NCBI GenBank assembly: GCA_016176335.1
Contig: JACOXI010000003.1
Span: forward strand, 322,477 to 386,476
Direction of reading: 5' to 3'
DNA from: Candidatus Daviesbacteria bacterium
GTDB taxonomy: Bacteria > Patescibacteriota > Microgenomatia > Daviesbacterales > UBA10151
DNA: 64,000 bases
The notes under the pieces were generated by a model that ran no database searches, was not told the DNA's origin, and worked only from the letters and a program-made list of their open reading frames with translations. Below are positions 29,596-40,279 of the stretch, one piece after another; positions within the stretch are counted from its first letter, which is position 1, and each line of letters starts with the position of its first letter. Made by a program: the position numbers and the translations under genes.

Positions 29596-31143
29596 ATGAT
29601 TTTCAAAATGAACATTTTTTCAAAAAACATCACGGCGCTTCTTTTTATTTTAATTGTTTTCAATACTCTACTGAGTGCTTACTGGTTATTACAAAAAGAT
29701 ATTCATTATGATGTGGATGTATCACGAGATTTTTTGGTAATGGATGATATAGTTAGAAATCATCATTTTACTCTTTTGGGTCCTCGTTCAGGAGCTATCC
29801 CGGGTATTTTCCATGGTCCCTTATGGTTCTATATTAATTTACCAGCCTTTTTAATTGGTGGAGGCAATCCTTTGGTAGTAGCTTGGTTTTGGTTTTTCTT
29901 ATCAATAATTTTTTTACTGATTGTCTTTTTGGTGGCAAAGAAATTATTTGATTTTAAAGTAGCCATATTTTCCGCACTTCTTCTTTCTGTCAACTCAATT
30001 GTCAATCCTTCAATTGGCTTGAAAAATTTTTATAATCCATATGGCGCAGTATTTTTGACTCCAGTATTCTTCTGGTGGTTTTATCAGTACATTACTACTC
30101 TAAAGGTGAAATACTTGATTTTTAGTCTATTTACTTTAGGTTTTATCATTCAATTTCAGATGGCTTTTGGGGTACCAGTTCTTATCACTATCACTATTTT
30201 TTTACTGTTTTTTTTATTTTATAAAAAAAGACTTTATGATTGTCTAGCTTATTTCATACTAGTAATTCCGCTTATGACTTTTATTATATTTGACCTAAGA
30301 CATAATGGTTTACAGTTTAATGCATTGGTTCAATTCCTAGGTCAGCACCATGGTTCTGCAGGTATTATATTAAATATCAGTGATCGTGTTAGGGCTGTAT
30401 TTTTTGATTTTTTTGATTTTTTCTCTCCGGGAAAAAATCTTCTAACTGTTTTTTTTGCAATTTTCTTTCTGACTGTCATCAGCATTCTTTTAAAGAAGAG
30501 TATTTATCCACAGAAAAAAATTTATTGGTTATTTATCTATTTATTTTTTGGATTTTGGATAATCTCTTTATTTTTTCAGGGAGGGGTGGGAAATTATTTT
30601 TGGCCATTCCTTCCTCTACTAATTATTATATTTTCTTCTTTTTATAATTTCCTGAATAAAAAAATTTTTATGATGGTTTTTATCTTAGTTTATTTAGTCA
30701 ATCTTTACACAGGTATTTTAGCAATTACTAATTTTAAATCCGATATTAATAAAAGAGGCCCGCATAGTTGGGGCTTTAATTTGCAAGTTGCAAAGGAAAT
30801 TTATATGGATGCTAAGGAAGATTTTGGATATTATACTTTCTCGCCCGACAGGTTTGCCTACCAACAAAGATACGCAATGATTTATGCTAAAAAGTTTTTT
30901 CCAAACTTAAATTCATATCCTTCAACAAAAAAGCCGAACACATATTTAATAGAAGTAGATCCGCCTAAAGATAGACCAGAGCTGGATAGTATTGGCTGGA
31001 GAATTAGTGAGGTTGGAATTAACCGTTCTCCAGATCAAACTTTTCGTTTTGATTTTATTCAAGTTGAGAAATACTTATTGTCTGATAAGGAGATTAAAAT
31101 TCCGGCAAATCCTTTAATTCTTGATTATATGTTTGTAAGATAG
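29596..31143 (+). CDS. GT-C membrane glycosyltransferase
   Basis: DVSRD, LLGP, FHGPLWFY, FDLRH; multi-TM. Confidence 0.8.
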   Translation: MIFKMNIFSKNITALLFILIVFNTLLSAYWLLQKDIHYDVDVSRDFLVMDDIVRNHHFTLLGPRSGAIPGIFHGPLWFYINLPAFLIGGGNPLVVAWFWFFLSIIFLLIVFLVAKKLFDFKVAIFSALLLSVNSIVNPSIGLKNFYNPYGAVFLTPVFFWWFYQYITTLKVKYLIFSLFTLGFIIQFQMAFGVPVLITITIFLLFFLFYKKRLYDCLAYFILVIPLMTFIIFDLRHNGLQFNALVQFLGQHHGSAGIILNISDRVRAVFFDFFDFFSPGKNLLTVFFAIFFLTVISILLKKSIYPQKKIYWLFIYLFFGFWIISLFFQGGVGNYFWPFLPLLIIIFSSFYNFLNKKIFMMVFILVYLVNLYTGILAITNFKSDINKRGPHSWGFNLQVAKEIYMDAKEDFGYYTFSPDRFAYQQRYAMIYAKKFFPNLNSYPSTKKPNTYLIEVDPPKDRPELDSIGWRISEVGINRSPDQTFRFDFIQVEKYLLSDKEIKIPANPLILDYMFVR

Positions 31144-31148
31144 TTAAA

Positions 31149-32636
31149 ATGAGATTTTTCCAAAAAACCAAACTTGCCCTTTTATTGATTGTTTTTCTGG
31201 GACTTTTCTTTAGGGTATATAAATTAGAAATTTTTTACCCTTGGGGTCACGACCAAGATCTTTTTGCCTGGATTGCCAAAGATATTGTCATAAATCATCA
31301 TTTTCGTTTAATTGGTCAGGAAACTAGCATTACCGGAGTATTTATTGGCCCCATTTTTTACTATTTAATATCTTTATCATTTGCAATTTTTAATATGAAC
31401 CCACTTAGTGCTGCAGTTGTGACTATTATTATTAGTCTATTCACCATTTTTAGTATATATTGGGTATTTAAAAAGTTCTTTGGACAAAGTGTGGGGATTT
31501 TAGGGTCTTTTTTATATGCAATTTCCCCGGGAGCAGTATTTTTAGATCGCTGGGTAGTACCTACTCAGCCTACAATGCTTTGGACGATTTGGTTTTTGTA
31601 TGTTTTATTATCTACTCTTACAGGAAATTTTAAAATTGTCATACCGCTTGCCATTTTAGTAGGTCTGATTTGGCATATCCATATTGCTTTCATACCTTTA
31701 CTTGTTTTACTGCCTGTTGCTTTTTGGTTGTCGGGGAGAAAACTTCAAGATCTTAAATTTAACCTAAAATCAATGTCAATAACCATTTTGATATTAGTTT
31801 TTTTTCTTGCTCCTTTTTTTGCTTTTGAGCTGCGACATGGTTTTCAACAAATTAAAGGCATAATTAGAGCAAGCTATCAAAAAGCAGATAATTTAGAAGG
31901 GACCAGTAGATTAGGTAAAGTTTTTGAATCCGGTGGAAGATCACTTGCTGGCGCCTTTGTTTTAAGCGGTCCTGCAACAAATCTGGACTCTGGGATTGCA
32001 ACTGCCTTACCGCTTTTATTATTTGGGGCAATTTTATATCTCTGGTCTATCAAAATTTTGAAAAAGGAGCAAGCAGTATTATTTATGGTATGGTTTGTGA
32101 TTGTATTCTTAGGTCAGTATTTCTCCAAAAGAATTATCACCGAATATTATTTTAATAATCTTTTTATTTTACTTTTTTTGATTTTGGCTCTTGTATTGAA
32201 TAAATTAAATAGTTTATCAAAAATGGTACCTGTTAGTTTACTTATGATAATCTATCTACTAACTGTGACAGTTTGGTTTATTAAAAGGGATGATGATCAG
32301 GGAGGATTCTTTTATAAAAGGAAAGCTTTCGAATATATTCAAGCTCATTCGGCTAGCAAAAATTATCCTTGTGTTGCTATAAACTTTATTGAAAGCAAAC
32401 CAGGAGGTGGAAGTGGCTCCAGATATCTTTATTGGTATTACAAGCTGCCTGTAATTGCAGCAGGAAGTTATACTGCTGTCTATAATATTGTCAATCCTTG
32501 GACAATTTCCAAAGATGAAGTGAAGGTAAGGTTCGGTAGTCTAGGGGTAATTATACCTTCTCAAGAAAAGGTTGATCCTAGTCAATGCTTAAAAGCAGAT
32601 CGTCAATTATTACCTTTGTGGGGGTTTACTAACTAA
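31149..32636 (+). CDS. GT-C membrane glycosyltransferase
   Basis: HDQDL, LIGQ.TS, FIGPIFYY, FELRHGF; multi-TM. Confidence 0.8.
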   Translation: MRFFQKTKLALLLIVFLGLFFRVYKLEIFYPWGHDQDLFAWIAKDIVINHHFRLIGQETSITGVFIGPIFYYLISLSFAIFNMNPLSAAVVTIIISLFTIFSIYWVFKKFFGQSVGILGSFLYAISPGAVFLDRWVVPTQPTMLWTIWFLYVLLSTLTGNFKIVIPLAILVGLIWHIHIAFIPLLVLLPVAFWLSGRKLQDLKFNLKSMSITILILVFFLAPFFAFELRHGFQQIKGIIRASYQKADNLEGTSRLGKVFESGGRSLAGAFVLSGPATNLDSGIATALPLLLFGAILYLWSIKILKKEQAVLFMVWFVIVFLGQYFSKRIITEYYFNNLFILLFLILALVLNKLNSLSKMVPVSLLMIIYLLTVTVWFIKRDDDQGGFFYKRKAFEYIQAHSASKNYPCVAINFIESKPGGGSGSRYLYWYYKLPVIAAGSYTAVYNIVNPWTISKDEVKVRFGSLGVIIPSQEKVDPSQCLKADRQLLPLWGFTN

Positions 32637-34175
32637 ATGAACAAGTTCTTTCCTTCGGAAATGAGATTACTATATTACCTAATTTATGCTTTTATTATGC
32701 TAAATATAATGTTAAGCGCTTGGTGGTTGTTTCATGGTGATATTCGCTACGACGTAGATATAGCCAGAGATTTCCTGTTAATAAAAGAAATTCTCACCAT
32801 TAAACCTTTTACCTTGATAGGATCGCATACCTCAGTAAGTGGAGTTTTCCATGGTCCTTTGTGGTATTACCTCAATGTCCCTGCCTTTTTGATTTCTTCT
32901 GGTAATCCTATTTTCATTGGCTGGTTTTGGTGGGGGCTTTCAATTTTAACACTTATGATATTTTTCTTTGTAACTCAAAAATTATTTAATAAACTTACGG
33001 CTTCTTTGGCAACACTTCTCTACAGCGCAAGCGCAATTATTAATCCTATATACGGCTTAAAGATGTTTTTTCCTCCATATGGTGCTGTGGTTTTATCTCC
33101 TGTATTTTTTTACCTATTTTTAAAATATATCAATAGTAAAAAAGCCAAATATTTGACAGCGGCTTTATTTAGCTTGGGGCTTATTATTCAATTTGAGATG
33201 GCTTTCGGAATCCCAATGTTACTTCTTACCATATTATTTTTGACATTTTTTCTATTTACCAAAAAGTTAGTAAAACATTGGTTAGCTTTCCCCGTAATTC
33301 TTTTACCTTTGTCTACTTTTATACTTTTTGATCTTCGCCATAATTTTTTGCAAACTCTCTCCTTAGTAAGATATGTGACGTCGGAGGTGGGTAAACGTCA
33401 ATTTGATTTGTTTACCATTTTTATAGAGAAGATTAATGGAATTTTCTCCGACACATTTTTCTTATTAACACAGGACAGTAGAATGTTAAGCTGGATATAT
33501 TCTATTTTGTTTATCATTTTAGTTTTCAAAGTTAAACAAAAGACAAAAAAAACCTACTTTTTCTTTTTATATTTTTTCATAGGATATTGGCTTCTTCATC
33601 TTTCTCTAAAACCTCTCTGGAGCACTTATTATTGGCCTCTTTTACCTCTGATTATTATGCTTTACAGTGCCTTCGTAAACTTTTTCTCCAAGAAAGTCTT
33701 TGTAATAATTTATATTCCACTTTTAATTTGGAGTATGTATATAGGTATAAGTTATATTAAAGATTTTAAGATAGATGTGACTGAAAGAGGTAAATATAGC
33801 TGGGCTTTCAATAAGTTAATTGCGGACAGTGTTTTCAAGGATACAGAGAGTGATTTTGGATATTTTATCTTTACTTCTGATCGATGGGTTTATCAAAATT
33901 GGTATGCCTTGGATTTTGTGCAAAAAGATTATCCTCAAAAAAAAGCACATCCTTTCACCAAGCAAAAATTAACCTATTTAATAATAATTGATTATCCAAA
34001 AGATCGTCAGGATCCAGTGAGTCAGGGATGGAGAATAACTGATCTTAAAATTACATCAGAGCCTCAAGAAATAAAAAATATTGATATTGTGCAAATTCAA
34101 AAATATTTCTTAACTGAAGAAGAGATAAAGTCACCAGTAAATCCTTATCTTTTAAATTCAACTTTTTTCAGATGA
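32637..34175 (+). CDS. GT-C membrane glycosyltransferase, paralog of 29596
   Basis: DIARD, FHGPLWYY, FDLRHNF; C-terminal GWRI motif shared with 29596. Confidence 0.8.
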   Translation: MNKFFPSEMRLLYYLIYAFIMLNIMLSAWWLFHGDIRYDVDIARDFLLIKEILTIKPFTLIGSHTSVSGVFHGPLWYYLNVPAFLISSGNPIFIGWFWWGLSILTLMIFFFVTQKLFNKLTASLATLLYSASAIINPIYGLKMFFPPYGAVVLSPVFFYLFLKYINSKKAKYLTAALFSLGLIIQFEMAFGIPMLLLTILFLTFFLFTKKLVKHWLAFPVILLPLSTFILFDLRHNFLQTLSLVRYVTSEVGKRQFDLFTIFIEKINGIFSDTFFLLTQDSRMLSWIYSILFIILVFKVKQKTKKTYFFFLYFFIGYWLLHLSLKPLWSTYYWPLLPLIIMLYSAFVNFFSKKVFVIIYIPLLIWSMYIGISYIKDFKIDVTERGKYSWAFNKLIADSVFKDTESDFGYFIFTSDRWVYQNWYALDFVQKDYPQKKAHPFTKQKLTYLIIIDYPKDRQDPVSQGWRITDLKITSEPQEIKNIDIVQIQKYFLTEEEIKSPVNPYLLNSTFFR

Positions 34176-35020
34176 ATCAAGAATTTAGGAATTTAACGAA
34201 TAGGTGGGTTGCAGGAAAGTTACCAGCAAGACCGCTGGATGCCAATAAAGGGACTTTTGGAAAAGTATTGGTAATTGCGGGTTCCGAAAATTTTCCTGGA
34301 GCGGCATATCTTTGTTGTGCTGCTGCTTATAGAGTAGGAGCTGGACTGGTAACATTAATAACTGAAAAGGAGGTCAAAACTGTGGTTTCTAAGAAACTAC
34401 CTGAAGTCACTTTTCTATCTTTTTCTGAAGTTTTTGAAAAACTGAATCACTATGATGTTGTTTTGTTAGGTCCTGGTTTAGGTCAAAGTAAAAATCTTGT
34501 TGAGTTTGTAGACAGATTCTTAAAAGAGAGATTGTCAAAAACAGTCATAGATGGAGATGGTTTGAATATTCTTTCTAAAAAGCAGAATTGGTGGGAGAAA
34601 TTAAACGGGGAAGTAGTTTTAACACCTCACCCGGGCGAAATGGCAAGATTGACTGACCTATCTATAGATGAGATTCAGGCAAATAGAGAAGAGATTACAA
34701 AACATTTTGCAAAAAAATGGAACAAAATTGTAGTTTTAAAGGGCGCAAATACTGTTATTGTCTCCCCTGGTGGGGAAGTGGGGGTAAGTCCTTTTGCAAA
34801 TCCCGCTCTTGCAACAGCAGGCACAGGTGATGTTTTATCGGGAATAATTGCTGGTTTAATTGCCCAAGGACTGAAACCTTTTGATGCGGCATGTTGTGGG
34901 GTGTACATTCATGGGATGGCAGGTGAAGAAATAAAGCAGAATATGGGTGACGCGGGAGTACTAGCAAGTGACCTGCTACCGTTTTTACCAGGGATTTTAA
35001 AAAAACTTAGGCAATCTTGA
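34172..35020 (+). CDS. nnrD: ADP-dependent NAD(P)H-hydrate dehydratase (stand-alone)
   Basis: NKGTFGKVLVIAGS, GAGLV, GPGLG, TPHPGEM, LKG, LATAGTGDVLSG. Confidence 0.93.
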   Translation: MNQEFRNLTNRWVAGKLPARPLDANKGTFGKVLVIAGSENFPGAAYLCCAAAYRVGAGLVTLITEKEVKTVVSKKLPEVTFLSFSEVFEKLNHYDVVLLGPGLGQSKNLVEFVDRFLKERLSKTVIDGDGLNILSKKQNWWEKLNGEVVLTPHPGEMARLTDLSIDEIQANREEITKHFAKKWNKIVVLKGANTVIVSPGGEVGVSPFANPALATAGTGDVLSGIIAGLIAQGLKPFDAACCGVYIHGMAGEEIKQNMGDAGVLASDLLPFLPGILKKLRQS

Positions 35021-36517
35021 CTATTCAACAAACCCAAGCATTGGATCAGTTAAATTGGTATTTTGTCCGCTGCAGGCTGTTTGCATAACTTCTTTGGATG
35101 CAATTTCTGTAGGAGGAATTATCCCGATATGACCGTATTTTGCCCTGACTTCTTTTAAAGCATATTCATTGGGAATAACGATGTTATATACGGGACTGCC
35201 TCGTCCTGCAACTGCAATATGAGCATTTTTTAAAAAGAAGAAATATCTGAATCCCACATTTTCCCCCGGAGAGGTGATGTAATTTATGGAAAAACAAGGG
35301 AAGTTTTTATTTTTTGCATCGTTGGTAATATAATCTACCACGGCCTTCTTTTCTATATAGCCTTTGTGATAAGTATCTTGAGTGATAATGGAAAAGGCAT
35401 TTTTTAATGCAATGACCACCAAAAGAGCTGCTACCAAGATCTTCCCGTAAGGTAAATTTTTATATAGGTAATAAAGGTAAAGAGCGATAATACCCAAAAA
35501 AACAGCTTCAATATTAGTAAAATAATATTCTGAAATAGGCGTTGAGGAGACAGAAAAAAACAAAACTACAGTCAGTACCCAAATATAGAGTGGGATTAGC
35601 TCTTTTGTTTTAATCAACTTCTTTTTCACTAGCCAAAGAGCAGAGGTGAGTATCACTAATGGAAAAAGAAAATTACTGGTTGCCTTGAATGTTTGAGGAG
35701 CGAACAAAAGACTATTAATATTTTTGGTGATCACCTCTATCACTATTTGAAACTTATACCATCCGCTTGCTCCTTCACGGGGGGTGATAAAGTTTTGCAA
35801 AAGATTTGAGGTCTGTTGAAATCCATTTTTAAATTCAAAAATCATTAACGGGAGGGAAATAATAAAAAAGAGCGCTATGAAATTAAAAACTTGTCTAGAC
35901 TTTGGTAATTTTTTGGAAAGTAAGATCGCAAATGGTATTGCAGTAAGTGTGGGAATTAGAGCAATATGGATATGCCAAATCAGACCCACTAAAATGCCTA
36001 ACAATAAAAGTGCAGAAAAATTTCCCCGAGATAACATCACTAATGAATAAAAGTACCAGATAGCCCAAAGAGGTGTGGCGACTGTTGGTACTATCCATCT
36101 ATCAGCATTAACGGTGGTAATTAAAATAGCATATAAAAATGCACCAATTAATCCGGCCTCCTCTTTAAAAAGTTTGGCTAAAATAAAGTAATAGCTAAGA
36201 ATTGTAAAAAGACCCAAGAAGGTTATTGGAATAAGTACTCCAATTGGATCCATTCTGGTGAAGAGAAAGAAGGGTGCCAGAAGATAATAAAAGGCAGGTC
36301 CAATATAAATTCCGGGAGCGGATGTCAGTTGTCCAATCAGTCTTGGGTGATGATTGACAACGATATCTTTTACAACCCAAGAATATAAATCACCGTCATG
36401 ATCAAAACCAAACCTCTCAACTACCTGATATGTTCTGAAGAATAATCCTACAGCCAGAATTAGCCCCAATATAAGAAGATGCCATCTTTTTTTGAGATAA
36501 TTGACTACCTTATGCAT
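35021..36517 (-). CDS. GT-C membrane glycosyltransferase, paralog of 31149
   Basis: HDGDLY, LIGQLTS, YIGPAFYY, WHIHIA; multi-TM. Confidence 0.8.
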   Translation of the reverse strand: MHKVVNYLKKRWHLLILGLILAVGLFFRTYQVVERFGFDHDGDLYSWVVKDIVVNHHPRLIGQLTSAPGIYIGPAFYYLLAPFFLFTRMDPIGVLIPITFLGLFTILSYYFILAKLFKEEAGLIGAFLYAILITTVNADRWIVPTVATPLWAIWYFYSLVMLSRGNFSALLLLGILVGLIWHIHIALIPTLTAIPFAILLSKKLPKSRQVFNFIALFFIISLPLMIFEFKNGFQQTSNLLQNFITPREGASGWYKFQIVIEVITKNINSLLFAPQTFKATSNFLFPLVILTSALWLVKKKLIKTKELIPLYIWVLTVVLFFSVSSTPISEYYFTNIEAVFLGIIALYLYYLYKNLPYGKILVAALLVVIALKNAFSIITQDTYHKGYIEKKAVVDYITNDAKNKNFPCFSINYITSPGENVGFRYFFFLKNAHIAVAGRGSPVYNIVIPNEYALKEVRAKYGHIGIIPPTEIASKEVMQTACSGQNTNLTDPMLGFVE

Positions 36518-36578
36518 CCCTCTGATAGTATCAGCAAAAATTTGAATGTGCAATTGTAAGCTGATACACTAGGTCACT

Positions 36579-37352
36579 ATGATTGTCAAATCTATCAAAA
36601 CAAGAAAATTCCTTCCACCTAAAGATGATCTTTGGGGATTATTATCAGATAACATAAAATCATTAAAGGAAAATTCAGTGGTGGCAGTAACTTCTAAAAT
36701 TGTTTCTATTGGGGAGGGAAGATGTATTCCTATTGCAGACTTTCCGGATAAAGATAAACTGGTCGCAGAGGAGGCAGATAAATATCTTCCTAGAGCTGCA
36801 GCGCCCCATGGCTTTGTGATGCATACAATTAAAAATGGTATGATGGTGGCATCAGCCGGAATAGATGAAAGTAATGGAGCCAACTTTTATATACTTTGGC
36901 CAAAAGACCCACAGAAGTCTGCACAGCGGATTTGGGAATTTTTAAAAGAGAAATTTAAGGTTAAAAATTTAGGAGTAATAATCACTGATTCCAGGTTAGT
37001 TCCCCTAAAACGTGGAGTTTTGGGAATTGCCATAGGTTATTTTGGATTTAAACCCTTAAGAGACTATAGAGGTAAAATTGATATTTTTGGTAGAGAATTT
37101 AAAATGGAAACATCCAACTTACCGGATAGTTTGGCAACAGCTGCGGTTTTGGAAATGGGGGAAGGTAACGAGCAAACCCCAATAGGTATAATTACAGATA
37201 CTCCATATTTGGAATTTACAAATACCTTACCTGGTGAAAAAGTAGGAAATTTTAGTTTTAAGATTCCTGAAAAGGAAGATATGTTTCATCCTTTGATAGC
37301 AGCTGTTAAGTGGAAGAAAGGCGGGAGCGGTAAAAAAGGGTATAGGGGTTAG
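36579..37352 (+). CDS. CofE-like gamma-glutamyl ligase (F420-0:glutamate ligase family; possible folate ligase)
   Basis: TSKIVSIGEGR, SAGIDESN, GVIITDS..PL..G, DYRG..D.FGR, MGEG.E.TP. Confidence 0.85.
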   Translation: MIVKSIKTRKFLPPKDDLWGLLSDNIKSLKENSVVAVTSKIVSIGEGRCIPIADFPDKDKLVAEEADKYLPRAAAPHGFVMHTIKNGMMVASAGIDESNGANFYILWPKDPQKSAQRIWEFLKEKFKVKNLGVIITDSRLVPLKRGVLGIAIGYFGFKPLRDYRGKIDIFGREFKMETSNLPDSLATAAVLEMGEGNEQTPIGIITDTPYLEFTNTLPGEKVGNFSFKIPEKEDMFHPLIAAVKWKKGGSGKKGYRG

Positions 37353-37371
37353 GGTTTAGGGTATAGAGTTT
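37337..37371. repeat. Heptamer tandem array, 5 units, across overlapping stops of convergent genes
   Basis: AGGGTAT AGGGGTT AGGGTTT AGGGTAT AGAGTTT. Confidence 0.75.
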
Positions 37372-38275
37372 TGAAGAATTCAATTGTTTTTTTAAGACCT
37401 TCTTTTAAATCTACTTTTGCTTCCCAGCCTAGCTCTCTCTTAATTTTTTGGGAAGATGCAACCAGTTTGGGTACATCGCCCTGCCTCTCGCCTTTATCAT
37501 CAATTGGTACAGCGTATCCTATCAGGTTAAAAATCTCTTTTACAACATCTATTACCTTCATTCCCGTTTCGGTCCCGACATTGTAAATATTTAACCCTGA
37601 CAAAGAGAGAGGCATTATATGTGCTGCTGCCAAATCATCAATATAGATGAAATCCCGGACTTGTTCCCCTTTCCAAAATAGAGGAACCGGCTGTTTGGAA
37701 AGAACTGCTTTTACAAAATTTGGGATGGCGTGTGTTTCCGGATCATGTAATTCTCCGGGGCCATATGGGTTAAAATATCGCAAAATTGCCACATCAAAAT
37801 TAAAAAGATGATGGTATAGACTACAAAATTGTTCTGTTGTAACTTTTGTAATCCCATACGGGTTTTCCTGCACCCCTTGCGGATCATCTTCTGTGATAGG
37901 TAATTTTTTGGGAGTACCATAAACACAGGCGCTTGAGGAAAAGATAATTTTTTTAACTTGCGTTTTTTTCATCGCTTCTAAAAGTTTGACTCCACCCAAG
38001 ATATTATTTTGGGCAAACTCTGCGGGGTTTCTAATAGATTCCGAAACCTCAATAAAGCTTGCCATGTGGATTACCCCGTCATGACCGGGTAAAATTTTTT
38101 CAATAGAAGGTTGATCTAGGAGATCTGCCTGTATAAAAGTTGCTCTTTTATCAATCAGTTCTTTTTTTCCTGTAGACAAATTATCAACAACTGTGACAAT
38201 ATGACCTTGCTTAAGTAGCAGTTTTGTTACATGAGATCCTACAAAACCGGCACCACCTGTAACAAGTATTTTCAT
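37349..38275 (-). CDS. galE: UDP-glucose 4-epimerase (GalE-like)
   Basis: TGGAGFVGSH, FSSSACVYG, YGITK, LRYFN, RDFIYIDDLA. Confidence 0.8.
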   Translation of the reverse strand: MKILVTGGAGFVGSHVTKLLLKQGHIVTVVDNLSTGKKELIDKRATFIQADLLDQPSIEKILPGHDGVIHMASFIEVSESIRNPAEFAQNNILGGVKLLEAMKKTQVKKIIFSSSACVYGTPKKLPITEDDPQGVQENPYGITKVTTEQFCSLYHHLFNFDVAILRYFNPYGPGELHDPETHAIPNFVKAVLSKQPVPLFWKGEQVRDFIYIDDLAAAHIMPLSLSGLNIYNVGTETGMKVIDVVKEIFNLIGYAVPIDDKGERQGDVPKLVASSQKIKRELGWEAKVDLKEGLKKTIEFFKTLYPKP

Positions 38276-38340
38276 ATAAGGTTCATTTTATCACACTATA
38301 TAACATACATTAGTTCATTGCTGTGATAACATACTTAGTG

Positions 38341-39870
38341 ATGAAAAAATTAATCGTCTTCGTTTTATTAATAGGAGTTATTTTCAAGCTATCTTTATCC
38401 TCGGACGGTCGCTTTCTTTTTAATATGGATAATGCAAGAGATTTAATTGATGTAAGAGAAATGATAGTTTTAAAAAAATTACGTCTTATCGGACCTTCAA
38501 CCGCGATAGAAGGTTTTTTTAACGGTCCGGCCTGGTATTATTTGCTGGCAATACCTTTTGTACTTTCTCAAGGTGATCCTTATTCAACCATTATTTTACA
38601 GATTATATTCTGGGTAATTGGCGGATATTTTCTTTTAAAGATTGTTTCAAAATGGAGTATGTTTTTGGTAGTCCCCATTGGTTTTTTATGGATTGCATCT
38701 GATTATATTAACTTGGCCACATCTTATGTTTTTAATCCAAATCCGATCACACTGCTTACCCCGCTTTTTATATATCTACTTTATAAATATACAGAAACAA
38801 ACAAGTTGATTTTTGCAGCATTAACTTTTTTGTTAGGCGGGTTATTTTTTAATTTTGAGATGAATTTTGGGATTTTTATACCGGTAATAATTTTCTTTAG
38901 TATTTTGTTGTCAAAAAAAGCATATTTTTTAAAAGGTTTAAATTTTTGGATTGGAGCTTCCTTTTATGTTATTTGTCTTATGCCACAAATTATTTTTAAT
39001 TTTAAACATAACCTTTTAATATCGAATGCAGTAATAAATCATCTGCAGCGTGAAAGCAAAAGTGTTGATTTTCCTAATCGTTTTCAAAGTACAACCTCCA
39101 TTTTTTATAATATTTTTATACCGACTATTTTAAACAGAAAATTACTCGCCTTTGCTATTTTAATCTTTTCAATGCCTGTTTTGTTAAAATTTATTCGACA
39201 GGGTCATAAAGACCCTATAGTTATTATAAGTTTATGCTATATTTTTATTCCCTTTACTTTCTACCTATTCTTGCCTGTTACTGTTAGTCCCTGGCATCTT
39301 GGTGGAATAATGTCAGCATCGATTATTTTAGTTGGTTTTCTTTTAAGAAAACTGTGGGAATTTAATTTAGCAGGAAAATTAATATCTTTAAGTTTAGCGA
39401 TTTTAATCTTCTATTTTTCATTATTTAATATTTTTAAATTTCTTCTTGTTGATATAAAAATTCCCAATATGGATCCTGCGCTTTTTAAGAATGAAGTAGC
39501 GGCAATAGATTACGTTTATAAATATGCTAATGGCAAAAATTTTAAAGTTTATACATACCTTCCTTCGATAATAGATTACCCCTATCAGTATTTGATCTGG
39601 TGGTACGGATTAAAGGAATACGGTTTCTTGCCGATAGAATATGCTTATGCGAAGAATAAACCCGAGTATATTTCCAACAAAGCAAAATTTTCGGAAACAG
39701 AAGAAAAGTTAAAACTTAGAGAGAATTCGAACTTGATTTTTTTGATCAAAGAGCCCAATAGAAATTACACCCGTTTCGGTTGGGAGGGAGATTTTGTAAA
39801 ATTTGAGACTGTGGATAAACACATGGTAGGGCCTTTGGAAATTGAGGTAAAAACTGAAGTTAGTCAATAG
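38341..39870 (+). CDS. GT-C membrane glycosyltransferase
   Basis: DNARD, LIGPST, FNGPAWYY, FNPN; multi-TM. Confidence 0.8.
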   Translation: MKKLIVFVLLIGVIFKLSLSSDGRFLFNMDNARDLIDVREMIVLKKLRLIGPSTAIEGFFNGPAWYYLLAIPFVLSQGDPYSTIILQIIFWVIGGYFLLKIVSKWSMFLVVPIGFLWIASDYINLATSYVFNPNPITLLTPLFIYLLYKYTETNKLIFAALTFLLGGLFFNFEMNFGIFIPVIIFFSILLSKKAYFLKGLNFWIGASFYVICLMPQIIFNFKHNLLISNAVINHLQRESKSVDFPNRFQSTTSIFYNIFIPTILNRKLLAFAILIFSMPVLLKFIRQGHKDPIVIISLCYIFIPFTFYLFLPVTVSPWHLGGIMSASIILVGFLLRKLWEFNLAGKLISLSLAILIFYFSLFNIFKFLLVDIKIPNMDPALFKNEVAAIDYVYKYANGKNFKVYTYLPSIIDYPYQYLIWWYGLKEYGFLPIEYAYAKNKPEYISNKAKFSETEEKLKLRENSNLIFLIKEPNRNYTRFGWEGDFVKFETVDKHMVGPLEIEVKTEVSQ

Positions 39871-40279
39871 TTATCAATCGTTTATTCCCTTCTAATTTTG
39901 CTATAGTTATTTTAGTTGTATTTTTTGGCAAGATTTTCTTTATTTTGCCTGCCCATTCAATTAGGACAATATTTTTTGGATTTGACCAAGTATCATGAAG
40001 CCCAAGTTGTTTTAAATCTTTTAATTTTTCCAGTCTGTATAAATCAACATGGAAGAGGAAATTGTTGGAATTGGGAATTTGGTGTTGGCGGATTAAGATA
40101 AAAGTGGGGGAGATGATTTTTTCCTTAATACCCAATCCTTGTGCAAATCCCTGGGTAAACATGGTCTTGCCTGCTCCTAATTCACCAAAAAGTCCAATAA
40201 CTCCACCTTGAAAATTTTTAGCCAGTTTTTTGGCAAGGTCTTTAGTTTCTTTTTCCGAATATGTTAAATATTGCTTCAC
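39860..40279 (-). CDS. tsaE: tRNA threonylcarbamoyladenosine biosynthesis ATPase TsaE
   Basis: GELGAGKT, SPTF, HVDLYRL, IEW; GTG start inferred. Confidence 0.93.
   Translation of the reverse strand: MKQYLTYSEKETKDLAKKLAKNFQGGVIGLFGELGAGKTMFTQGFAQGLGIKEKIISPTFILIRQHQIPNSNNFLFHVDLYRLEKLKDLKQLGLHDTWSNPKNIVLIEWAGKIKKILPKNTTKITIAKLEGNKRLITID

Noticed and set aside
29596-36517. Diversity-generating retroelement acting on GT-C paralogs
   Set aside because: No reverse transcriptase and no near-identical repeat pair with adenine-specific mismatches seen
37345-37364. TTAGGG/TTTAGGG telomere-like repeat
   Set aside because: Only two such units within a degenerate heptamer array in a bacterial coding context
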